64,000 nt of DNA, from positions 32,001 to 96,000 of the IMG/VR virus record IMGVR_UViG_3300020383_000006. One strand, written 5' to 3'. The notes below the pieces were generated by a model. It saw nothing but the letters and a program-made list of their open reading frames with translations. It was not told where the DNA came from and made no database searches. Shown piece after piece: positions 55,439 through 64,000 of the stretch. How positions within the stretch are numbered: the stretch's first letter is position 1; the number at the start of each line of letters is the position of its first letter. The translations under genes were made by a program, and so were the position numbers. Origin of the DNA: a virus.

Positions 55439-55675
55439 TTATTCTTCGTCTTTATCTTTTTCTTCATCATCAGAATCTGAATATTTTTCATCATCAAGGT
55501 CTTCTTCGTCATCTTCTTCAGGTTCTTTTTCTTCAGAAACGAAGCTGTAACCAGTAAGGATTTCAGATTCACGTTCATTAATTTTATAACCAACTGATTC
55601 TTTTAGTTTATCTTTAATACCATTGATAACTTCGTTAGAGTTACCTTCTTTTAATTTTGTGTACAAGTCTTTCAT
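55439..55675 (-). CDS. 67: acidic prohead core protein gp67-like
   Basis: D/E-rich tail; synteny. Confidence 0.7.
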   Translation of the reverse strand: MKDLYTKLKEGNSNEVINGIKDKLKESVGYKINERESEILTGYSFVSEEKEPEEDDEEDLDDEKYSDSDDEEKDKDEE

Positions 55676-55729
55676 TTTAAAAACCTCTAGTTAAATTTAT
55701 TCCTTTAATTTATTTATTAAAGAAAAATA

Positions 55730-57253
55730 TTAAAATCTTCCTGGTTCTTCTTTAGGCTGATATTGTTCAATATTTTTCTCTTCTTTAATTTCTTTATCCA
55801 TTTCCTTCATTTGTTCTTCATTTTGTTTAAATATTTCACGGCGAACGTAATTGTGGGAAATATATTTACCAGTATATTGGTCTAATTCTCTAGCTAAATT
55901 TAAACGTTCTTGAAGGATTTCGTTTCTAGTCGCTTCTTCTAAATACAAATCATGTGAATAGTTAAAAACGATTTTGTCTTTAATATCATCAAATTCCTTT
56001 GACGTCATTATTTTAGTAAGAATACATTCGGTTCTTAATAAATCCAAGAACACTTCATTAAAGCGGGTTCTAACTCTAGAAACAAATTTACTAAACTTCA
56101 ACTCATCCCTAGTAATTTCAGTTGTTCTGCCGCCCATAAATGTGGATTCAGGTTCTAATCTAGAAACAGGTAAATTAAGTGACTTATAAACTTTTTTCTG
56201 GAAATAGACAATATCTTCAATATCACCTAAGTTTTGACCACCAGGAAGCGTAGTAACTTCAGTTCCTTTACCGTTAGAATCACGAGGCAACCAAAAGTCC
56301 TCTTGCATCGTATAAAAGGCTTTTCCATCCTTGAACGTACCCTTTTCAGGGTCAAATTGCATTTTGTTCCTGTAGGATGTTTGGAGCTTCTTAAGATATG
56401 CTTGTCCTTTAGACTTTTGAAGTTTAGAAGTATCAACATAAAAAACACGACGTTCAGGTGCGCGAGTAATACGGTAAATTAAAAGCGCATTTTCCATCAT
56501 TCGTAATTGGTTAACAGGCTTAACTGCTTTATGCAAATAAGAAACCGCGTAACCTGTTTTATCATCAGTCATTCCAGTAGTAACGTAAACAACTGCATCA
56601 GGGTTTAATTCTACTGCTTCAATATATTGGTTTCTATCAGTTTTCTTATTCTTTTTATTTGTACCAACGTTTTCATTATAGATAATTTTTTCTATAATTC
56701 CAGTAATTGCTTTAGTTTGTCTATCATATTCAGTTTGTTTAACCTTAGATACAAATCTAGGGTCTAACTGAACAACTTTCAAAATACCGTCTTTGGGTCT
56801 ACTTTTGTCTATAACTTTTTGGTAAGTTGCGCGACCATCTATGTAAAAATCACGTGCTTTTTTGTAAATAGTTTTCTTTAATTCCATTACTCGGGTTATT
56901 TTATCCCAAGCATCATAAATTTTATTTCTTACATTTTCAGAAAGGTCATCTTCTAATCCCGTTAAATCCATAGAAACAGGTTCTTCATTTTCATGGAAAG
57001 AAACCATTTCGTTAATAATGTCATCAATAGCTAAATCAACCAATTCATAATTAGCTATTTCCCTGTAGTCTTCAATTAATGCCGCTTGGTCAGAATATTT
57101 TGGGTCAAAGTTTAGGAAGTTTTGGTAGTATCCCTCAGAAAACTCAATAGCACCATCATCATTTTCGTCTGCTATCTGATTGGTCTGAATCCTTTCTTCA
57201 TCAGGATTATCAAACTTAAATTTTTCTAGAAAATCACCAAATACACTCATCAA
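55730..57253 (-). CDS. 20: portal protein gp20
   Basis: NQLRMMENALLIYRITRAPERRVFYVD, EDFWLPR, TLPGGQNLG. Confidence 0.97.
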   Translation of the reverse strand: MMSVFGDFLEKFKFDNPDEERIQTNQIADENDDGAIEFSEGYYQNFLNFDPKYSDQAALIEDYREIANYELVDLAIDDIINEMVSFHENEEPVSMDLTGLEDDLSENVRNKIYDAWDKITRVMELKKTIYKKARDFYIDGRATYQKVIDKSRPKDGILKVVQLDPRFVSKVKQTEYDRQTKAITGIIEKIIYNENVGTNKKNKKTDRNQYIEAVELNPDAVVYVTTGMTDDKTGYAVSYLHKAVKPVNQLRMMENALLIYRITRAPERRVFYVDTSKLQKSKGQAYLKKLQTSYRNKMQFDPEKGTFKDGKAFYTMQEDFWLPRDSNGKGTEVTTLPGGQNLGDIEDIVYFQKKVYKSLNLPVSRLEPESTFMGGRTTEITRDELKFSKFVSRVRTRFNEVFLDLLRTECILTKIMTSKEFDDIKDKIVFNYSHDLYLEEATRNEILQERLNLARELDQYTGKYISHNYVRREIFKQNEEQMKEMDKEIKEEKNIEQYQPKEEPGRF

Positions 57254-57320
57254 TAGATTCCTTTTTGAAAATACAAATCGAGGGAATTAACTTCCCTCGA
57301 ATATATTTATATCATAATAA

Positions 57321-57845
57321 TTAGGTTGAGTTACCGTTATCAATGTCAGAATAAGCAAACGTTGTTGAGAACGTTTCAATCTGGTCATTAGAGTCTTGGG
57401 CTAACTCAATAGGCGTAATGATTTGTGGCCAAGCGTATAACATAGCAACCGATTTAACGCGGTTGTCATTATTATCTAATTGGTGAACTTCCACTGTACC
57501 GAACATTTCTTCCGGTGCAGTTAACCCAGTATTAGAATTATACGCATTAATGGCGTTTTGCCAACGTTCCAACGCATTTTGAATAGCGAAATCAGTATCG
57601 TTATAAAATGTTGCTTCCCAATCTTCAAAAGTACGATCACCAGGAAGTTTTAATTGACGACCACGGAAACCGACTTCTTTAACGCCTAGATTAGATCCAG
57701 GAATTTGCGAAGCTTGTACTAAGAAAGCCGTTTTTCTGATTTCTTCTTGCGTTGCCGCGAAAGCAGGAAAATCAATTACAACCTCGAAGCGGTTGGGACT
57801 AGCCCCACCGCCTTTAAGGTTAGAAAGAAAATTCTGAATACTCAT
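57321..57845 (-). CDS. 19: tail tube protein gp19
   Basis: PNRFEV, FRGRQLKLPGDRTFEDW. Confidence 0.93.
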   Translation of the reverse strand: MSIQNFLSNLKGGGASPNRFEVVIDFPAFAATQEEIRKTAFLVQASQIPGSNLGVKEVGFRGRQLKLPGDRTFEDWEATFYNDTDFAIQNALERWQNAINAYNSNTGLTAPEEMFGTVEVHQLDNNDNRVKSVAMLYAWPQIITPIELAQDSNDQIETFSTTFAYSDIDNGNST

Positions 57846-59446
57846 TAGAACGATTCCCCTTCAATTTCTTCAAAACTAACTCCAGCGCCAACGGCAGTGA
57901 AGTTAAGGCGAATATTGTTAATTGAACGTGCTGGGTCAATCATAATATCACCAACAAATTCAAAATTATCAATAACTTGTTCGGTGTTATTAGTATCATC
58001 AGCGACTACTTTGAAACGACGAATACCTCTACGCCCTTGAACGCCACCTAAGTAACGATCACTTGAGTTCTTAAATGAAGAACGCGTGATTTGGTCGTTA
58101 AATTCAAATAACTGATAACGAGCCGCACGAGCAATAGATTTCTTGACAACTATAAACAAGTTACGAACGTTTACCCTACTGAAAGCAGAAGGACGTTTTA
58201 GCATTGTTTTATCACCAAATAAAACTTTACCTTCACCTTCAAAATCAACAATTGAATTGATATTGTATTTATATAACTCATTCCTTGTTGTTTCGTCAGG
58301 ATTCCAGGCAAGTTCAATAGCGTTAAGCAATTGTCCACGATTTAGTCCAGCGAATGAGAACCAAGGTTCGTTTCTAGCGAACGTTCTAGCTTCAAGACCA
58401 GCTGTATCAGAATCACAAGGAATCCATACGTTAGTATCATTGTACTTATCGTAAACTTTTTTCCAGTTATCTGAACCGAACGCATAAGAAGTATTTTTAT
58501 TAATTGTAGAGTTAAAATAATCTTTAACATCTTCCAATGCACTTGCATTATTTAAAACGTCAGACAATTCTGGAGCAAAGTGAGTTTTACAATCTTGGCG
58601 TTGGTCGCATAAATCAATTAATGATGCAACTGATGTTGCAGGCATGACTGAAGCAAATGCGCTAATGAAATCAAGTTTTTCTTTATTAGAAAGGACTTGA
58701 ATTGCTGTATCAAAGTCGGCAGCAGTAGAATCATTTCCATCTACACCACCAGAAAATGAAGCTTCAAAAACGCCTTCACTACCAGTTTCATCTAACAAGA
58801 CAGCAGAAAAATCACCAAGGTAAATGTATTCTGATTGCTCCATCAATACTTTTTCGATGAAAGCTGAAGTTCCATCAGGTTTTTTACTTCCTTGAACGTT
58901 AGTCATTAATTCATAACTTTCAAGAATTGCGCCTTTTGAACCAGAAATCAATCCACCTTCGTCTACCACAACTAAGTTGAATTCACCTTCTTCTGGTACA
59001 TATTGAAATTCACCAGCATAAGCCCAGTTGTCATAATCAAAATTATCAGCAACTGATACTTTTAATGAATTACCTAATGCCCCAGGATATTTAGCAATAA
59101 ACGCCTTTCCTGTTGTATCAGTAGTTTCTAATTCACTTTCATTTTTAATTAAAACACCTGTGCCTGAAGAATCAGCGTTTTTTGCAACTAAATCATCAAT
59201 AGCACGAACCACAAATAATGGGTTTGCGTATTTAAGATAATTTGCTGCTGATAAGAAAAACTGTGATACTTCATTATTAGGGCGACCAAACTTTTGTAAA
59301 AGTTCTTTTTCATCAGTCGTAATTCTAATCGCCTTGTTCACAGGTCCCCAACGAAATAGACCCACCATTGCAGAAGCAGAACTATTCTGTCCTGCAACGT
59401 ACAGGCTTCTATCACGTTCAAATGTTTGTACATTTGGACTGCTCAT
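57845..59446 (-). CDS. 18: tail sheath protein gp18
   Basis: FRWGP, PWFSFAGLNRG, SAFSRVNVRNLF, PARSINNIRLNF. Confidence 0.95.
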   Translation of the reverse strand: MSSPNVQTFERDRSLYVAGQNSSASAMVGLFRWGPVNKAIRITTDEKELLQKFGRPNNEVSQFFLSAANYLKYANPLFVVRAIDDLVAKNADSSGTGVLIKNESELETTDTTGKAFIAKYPGALGNSLKVSVADNFDYDNWAYAGEFQYVPEEGEFNLVVVDEGGLISGSKGAILESYELMTNVQGSKKPDGTSAFIEKVLMEQSEYIYLGDFSAVLLDETGSEGVFEASFSGGVDGNDSTAADFDTAIQVLSNKEKLDFISAFASVMPATSVASLIDLCDQRQDCKTHFAPELSDVLNNASALEDVKDYFNSTINKNTSYAFGSDNWKKVYDKYNDTNVWIPCDSDTAGLEARTFARNEPWFSFAGLNRGQLLNAIELAWNPDETTRNELYKYNINSIVDFEGEGKVLFGDKTMLKRPSAFSRVNVRNLFIVVKKSIARAARYQLFEFNDQITRSSFKNSSDRYLGGVQGRRGIRRFKVVADDTNNTEQVIDNFEFVGDIMIDPARSINNIRLNFTAVGAGVSFEEIEGESF

Positions 59447-59509
59447 TTATAACACCTCTCTAAATGTAGGATAAAAATTACCGTTTTATTTATTTATTAA
59501 ACGTTAATC

Positions 59510-61354
59510 TTAAAATTCTCCGAACGTTGGATCTTCAATTATTCTGTAACCAACATCTGGATCAACATCTTCACCTAATTCCATAAACGAATCACCATCA
59601 AATAAACTTCTACCGTCATCTATAATACCGAACGGCATTAATTCTTCTTCTCTTTCTTTTTTCGCTTGGTCAACTAATGAACTTCTGACATTAACATCAG
59701 TTAATTCTTTAAAGAATTCTGAGTTAGATAACCAAGCAAACATAACCAAAGGCATAACTAAATCATCATGAGCACCCTCAGCCGCAGCATACGAACCGCC
59801 TTTAGGCACAAAATCACCTAATTCATCAACTATGTTCATATGGTTAGGGTTAAATCTTCCTCGCTCAATCATTGTTTTAAGGTTTGCACACCCAATACGC
59901 TTGACGGACTTAGACATTTTCACGCCTATTCTACCATCAACTCTAAACGTTGGTGATTGCTGACCTTTTTCAGCAACGGTAAAGATAACATTTTCGTATT
60001 CTAAATCGTGGTATAAATCGCTACTGACTTGATGACCTGTACTTTCGTTTTCTATAAGTACCCAAGCCGCATTATATTCACCAGCCACGTTATAAATTAA
60101 TTCAGGTAATATAAGGCTTGATAACTTATTGTCGTGATACACACAAACAACTTCATACGGGTCTACAGATATATCTACAACTATCACTCCGTGGTAATCA
60201 CCACCAACGCCTTCTGAACAGTCCACTAAGCAGACATATTCATGACCCTCTATAGGTTTATGATATATGAATAACTTCCCTTCATTTAGCTCTTCAAGAG
60301 GTTCCTTAGTAATTAACTGCTCTAAGTAATTACCGGAAATAAGTGAGTTTGTGCTTCCACGGAAATGGCATTCGTGTTCTTGACGGAACTGTTCAGGTGA
60401 AGTGTTATTGATCGTTTCTTCTTTCCACGCCTGATCACGTCCAGGAACCATATCCCAAGTAACAAGTTTTTGAGCGTATGAGTTTTTACCAGCTTCAGAT
60501 TCTTGCCAAAGTTTATAGAACATTCCACGAGTACCGTTCGGTGTAGAAGTCACGATAACTTTAGAATTTTTACCAGAAGCAATTGTTGGATAGGTAGACT
60601 CATAGAAAGCCATATCATTGGGAATAAATGCCGCTTCATCAATATAAAGTAATGCAATAGATTTACCACGAATTGAACTTGATGAAGAAGCCGCTGAAAA
60701 GGCTTTAGAATTATTACTGAATACAACACTTTGTTTGTTGTAAACTTTAACTCCAGGTTGCAAAAAACAAGGAATTGATTCGTAAGATAATTGGACACGC
60801 TCAAGGATTTCTTGTGCTTGTGATGATTTGTTGGCTAATATTGCAGAAGTTTTAGCTTCTGAAAATATACTAAACCATAACAAATATGATGCCGTGGTCT
60901 GGGTTTTACCTGTTTGGCGCGATTGCATTGAAATAATGAATCGGTTGTTTTGGTACAAATCAAGTAAGTCTTCTTGGAAATCCCAAAGGTCAAATGGTAT
61001 GATACCATCATCAATAGATATAATTTTTACATATTTTCTAGTAAAATAAACAACGTCTAAAGCACATTTAATCCATTCCAGTTTTTGCTTAACTGTAAAT
61101 TTCTTTTCGTTCTTTTTTATGCCGTGACGAAGTAACCCTTCTTTATTTTGGTACCACCAATGTTCAGGAACTTCTTCAAAATTCCAATCATCAACAGTAA
61201 TACCCATCGTATCCTTTCTTAGGAATTTCTTTACAAGACCTTTATTTTCGTCATAAAATTCTTTTAAGTTTGGAAATGGACAAACATTTTCAAACTCATA
61301 AATTTTATTCGTTATAGTTGTATCATTACTTGTATCAATCTTCCTGATTTTCAT
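59510..61354 (-). CDS. 17: terminase large subunit gp17
   Basis: SRQTGKT, YIDEAAF, TSTPNG, FRQEHEC, HDDLVM. Confidence 0.96.
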   Translation of the reverse strand: MKIRKIDTSNDTTITNKIYEFENVCPFPNLKEFYDENKGLVKKFLRKDTMGITVDDWNFEEVPEHWWYQNKEGLLRHGIKKNEKKFTVKQKLEWIKCALDVVYFTRKYVKIISIDDGIIPFDLWDFQEDLLDLYQNNRFIISMQSRQTGKTQTTASYLLWFSIFSEAKTSAILANKSSQAQEILERVQLSYESIPCFLQPGVKVYNKQSVVFSNNSKAFSAASSSSSIRGKSIALLYIDEAAFIPNDMAFYESTYPTIASGKNSKVIVTSTPNGTRGMFYKLWQESEAGKNSYAQKLVTWDMVPGRDQAWKEETINNTSPEQFRQEHECHFRGSTNSLISGNYLEQLITKEPLEELNEGKLFIYHKPIEGHEYVCLVDCSEGVGGDYHGVIVVDISVDPYEVVCVYHDNKLSSLILPELIYNVAGEYNAAWVLIENESTGHQVSSDLYHDLEYENVIFTVAEKGQQSPTFRVDGRIGVKMSKSVKRIGCANLKTMIERGRFNPNHMNIVDELGDFVPKGGSYAAAEGAHDDLVMPLVMFAWLSNSEFFKELTDVNVRSSLVDQAKKEREEELMPFGIIDDGRSLFDGDSFMELGEDVDPDVGYRIIEDPTFGEF

Positions 61355-61859
61355 TATTTGGTTCTTCTTTTTTATTATCTAGTTCTTCAAGTTCACGTTC
61401 TAGATCATCAATTTCTTTTTTATCAGAGTTGTAGTAATGGTTATTGACTTGGGTATAATTAGATTGACCTTCACCACCTTCATCTAATTTATCTTTCAAC
61501 GTTTTATGTAAATTAATAAGTTCTTTTGAAATATTAGACGAATTATTCATCAACTGCCCAGCAACTTCTAATGCTCTTGGGTGTTCACTTAACATAGCCA
61601 ATTTTAATGCTTGTTCTATAGCAAAGTTAGTTCTACCCATTAACCCGTATAAATTAGAACGTGCGTTCTTATAATCTTCAAGCAAATCCGCTTGTGAAGA
61701 AATTGCTGTAGAATCTTTATTATCATAAGTTACTGGTGTTATTTCAATATTATCGAATACTGAACCTTCTTGTTCCTGAACTTCTGTATTAGAATTATCC
61801 CCAGGAACTTCTTTTTCCAGTAACTCAGTTAATTGTTTTTCAAAATTAGAATTTGGCAT
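61335..61859 (-). CDS. 16: terminase small subunit gp16
   Basis: EDYKNARSNL, SEHPRALEVAGQL. Confidence 0.88.
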   Translation of the reverse strand: MPNSNFEKQLTELLEKEVPGDNSNTEVQEQEGSVFDNIEITPVTYDNKDSTAISSQADLLEDYKNARSNLYGLMGRTNFAIEQALKLAMLSEHPRALEVAGQLMNNSSNISKELINLHKTLKDKLDEGGEGQSNYTQVNNHYYNSDKKEIDDLERELEELDNKKEEPNNENQED

Positions 61860-62557
61860 TATTCAGTTATCACCTGTTGTTCATCAGTCAATTCAACTTT
61901 GGGGTCTAATTCAAAATAATTGACATTAACTTGTTTAATAACTTTTTGGTTTCTGGTTGCTCTATACAACCAACCTTTTAACGTAATACTAAACGATGAT
62001 TCTATAATTTGAGGGTCTTCAAATTCCCCTTCATAATTATTTTCTAATGAGGAATCATCTAACGTAACTATAACCGAAGAACTTGAATTTAAATCGTTGT
62101 TATCTTTGACAACAACTTCTATTTCAGGGTCTATTGCTGTTAATATTTGTTCAACAATTTGTAAATTATCTTCAAGGTATTTTGTTTTCGCTCTAACTTC
62201 AAATTGGAAATTATAAGGAATTCTATTATATTGGAAATCTGAACTACCATCAGTTTCTCTATTGAAACTGTTACTAGATAACTTATTGTTTCTATTAGTC
62301 ATCCTAGAATCGTCACGTTCCCAACCTGTTAATAAGAAAGCCATTCTAGGTAAATTCATATTATACCCAAGGTCATCCCGACCGCTTCTATCAACTTCAT
62401 TGGCTTCGTTATTCTTTTGTTTACCAGAATACTGGATAGGTACTTTAATCACTTTACCGTTATGGCGTTTTATTTTTATGTCATTGAATATTGACCCAAT
62501 AATCCCAGTATAGATCCATATTGTTTTATGGTAAGAATATTTTTCTAATAACATCAC
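61859..62557 (-). CDS. 15: tail sheath stabilizer/completion gp15
   Basis: FNDIKI..KVPIQY, LPRMAF; synteny. Confidence 0.85.
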   Translation of the reverse strand: MMLLEKYSYHKTIWIYTGIIGSIFNDIKIKRHNGKVIKVPIQYSGKQKNNEANEVDRSGRDDLGYNMNLPRMAFLLTGWERDDSRMTNRNNKLSSNSFNRETDGSSDFQYNRIPYNFQFEVRAKTKYLEDNLQIVEQILTAIDPEIEVVVKDNNDLNSSSSVIVTLDDSSLENNYEGEFEDPQIIESSFSITLKGWLYRATRNQKVIKQVNVNYFELDPKVELTDEQQVITE

Positions 62558-63180
62558 TTAACTCCGAACGGGTTGTTTGGGTCAAATTCTAAATATTCAT
62601 TAGATTCAAAATCATCATTATCACCGCCTGATGATTCAGTATCATTTTCAGAATCATAAATTTCCATTTCAACTAAGTAATCTTCAATATCATAACCGAT
62701 TGTATCAATATCTTCATGAGAATAATCAAACGCAACTACTTTAAGTTCATAAACGTAGTTTTTTCCTTTTTCGAAAAATTCAGATTCTTCTTCACAATAT
62801 TTTAATTCTAATAACGAATTGGTTACTGGGATATAAAGTAAATCGCCAGCTTGGGGTTTATCAATATTGGGAAACTTTTCTCCGAATACTTTCTTAGATA
62901 CAACATAAGAAGCAGTATCCTGAAACTCATGTGCAAAGAAAGTCATTCCTTCCATTCCACCAAACCCATCAACGCTTACTGGATACATTGGTAATCTTTC
63001 AAAATGTTCATAATAAGCAGAAGAATCTTCATTGTATAAAAAATCAATATTATCTTGTGAACGACGGATGTAAAAAACCTCAAGACCCATATTGAATATT
63101 GTTTCATCAACTAGGTCTTGAATTAGGTTTTGTTCATTACTTGCGTTGTAATGATTAAAATGCTTATTAGTTACACTCAT
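62554..63180 (-). CDS. 14: neck protein gp14
   Basis: EQNLIQDLVDETI, PQAGDLLYIP, FDPNNPFG. Confidence 0.9.
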   Translation of the reverse strand: MSVTNKHFNHYNASNEQNLIQDLVDETIFNMGLEVFYIRRSQDNIDFLYNEDSSAYYEHFERLPMYPVSVDGFGGMEGMTFFAHEFQDTASYVVSKKVFGEKFPNIDKPQAGDLLYIPVTNSLLELKYCEEESEFFEKGKNYVYELKVVAFDYSHEDIDTIGYDIEDYLVEMEIYDSENDTESSGGDNDDFESNEYLEFDPNNPFGVK

Positions 63181-63210
63181 TATAATTTTTATTTATAGAA
63201 ACCATAAGTA

Positions 63211-63501
63211 TTATTTATACTGGGTTATACTACCATTAATAGTTTTTTCTGAATACGTTACAGCCCCAACATAAGCAATAACGATAGAAGAAAAGAAACC
63301 TATAAGAGCAATGAATATCCCATTAAACTCTGAAGCGGCTTTTGCTTGTTCAATATCAACAAGGTACGCTCCAGCTAAAAAAATAATTGAAATTAGCATC
63401 AAAAACCCGAATGAAGCTAATGCTAACCTTCTTCTAATTTTCCATTTTCTACGATCCCTTTCAAATTCAGCTTGTTCTTTTTCTTTTTCAAAGGTATCCA
63501 T
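63211..63501 (-). CDS. two-TM membrane protein (holin-like)
   Basis: RRRLAL followed by two hydrophobic helices. Confidence 0.5.
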   Translation of the reverse strand: MDTFEKEKEQAEFERDRRKWKIRRRLALASFGFLMLISIIFLAGAYLVDIEQAKAASEFNGIFIALIGFFSSIVIAYVGAVTYSEKTINGSITQYK

Positions 63502-63790
63502 TTTTATTTCCCAAAAATTGATTCCAACTAATTAATTCAGGTGATTTTACTTTTGGCCATAGACCATAACCAAAGAAATTAAATTGTTTGTATTTCATGA
63601 TTCCTATTGGTGTTATACCTTCTCTTTCTTCAGGTTCTAACCTTAAAAAAGTTCTTGCGTCACAAAAAGGTTCAAGAACTTTTTGATCATTAAATTTAAA
63701 ACCTGAATCATACATAACCATATATTCAGTAACAAATCTAGGGACAATAAAATCATAAATATCAAACAATAATTCTTTTATATTACCCAT
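63488..63790 (-). CDS. hypothetical protein
   Basis: ORF track. Confidence 0.55.
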   Translation of the reverse strand: MGNIKELLFDIYDFIVPRFVTEYMVMYDSGFKFNDQKVLEPFCDARTFLRLEPEEREGITPIGIMKYKQFNFFGYGLWPKVKSPELISWNQFLGNKNGYL

Positions 63791-63793
63791 ATT

Positions 63794-64000
63794 TTACCCC
63801 ACGATAAATGAAAGAGGTTCGCTATATTTTTCTTCAAGTTCAACTTCTAATTGTTCTATTTCTTCTACTGCTTCATCATATATTTGTTGACCGTTTAATT
63901 CGACGCCACCGAGAAGTTGAACACCGCTCATTTTCTTCATGTTGTTCCCCCACTGCTTCTTAATTAAAGCAGTCGTATACTTCTTCAGCCATACCTCATT
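63794..64000 (-). CDS. 13: neck protein gp13, C-terminal part (5' end outside window)
   Basis: Manual translation ..WLKKYTTALIKKQWGNNMKKMSGVQLLGGVELNGQQIYDEA..PLSFIVG*. Confidence 0.9.
   Translation of the reverse strand, partial: NEVWLKKYTTALIKKQWGNNMKKMSGVQLLGGVELNGQQIYDEAVEEIEQLEVELEEKYSEPLSFIVG

Noticed and set aside
39413-61354. Inteins or introns in gp43, gp41, gp17 or gp20
   Set aside because: Lengths and motif spacing fit uninterrupted T4-like orthologues; no intein motifs were noticed
1-64000. Short antisense or alternative-frame ORFs nested in core genes (e.g. 9446..9772, 11424..11699, 14444..14734, 51404..52164, 55194..55550, 58143..58548)
   Set aside because: Shadow frames of well-supported genes, with no recognisable motifs
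1-64000. CRISPR array or rRNA genes
   Set aside because: No regularly spaced direct repeats or rRNA-like sequence seen. The recurring GGTTCGAATCC motif is the tRNA T-arm

Overview
This 64-kb AT-rich window comes from a large T4-like (Tevenvirinae-related) myophage using the standard genetic code. On the minus strand at 1-17.1 kb lie lysis/accessory genes, a DenV-like glycosylase, two tRNAs flanking a ~0.8-kb structured non-coding region that contains a tmRNA-type tag reading frame, three glycosyltransferase-like genes, a PIF1-like helicase and the regA-62-44-45-46-47-55-uvsW block. On the plus strand at 17.1-49.3 kb lie gp3, uvsY and rIIA/rIIB, then a 23-tRNA array with rtcB, an HNH gene and several tRNA-sized ncRNAs. 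These are followed by a nucleotidyltransferase, dexA, a TET/JBP dioxygenase + glycosyltransferase + HAD/kinase + cytidylyltransferase + MazG-like cluster, DNA polymerase gp43, uvsX fractured by a split intein with a GIY-YIG endonuclease between the halves, and helicase gp41. On the minus strand at 49.3-64 kb is the head/tail block gp13-gp23 with a free-standing endonuclease. The best candidate for a new system is a 45-codon leader ORF with mutually exclusive antiterminator/terminator hairpins and an rrn-type boxA in front of the tRNA/rtcB array. Its geometry would switch the array on when translation stalls. The 25 tRNAs in the window cover all 20 amino acids with one tRNA per codon box and include structurally aberrant members. 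All calls come from reading the sequence; no database searches or folding programs were run.
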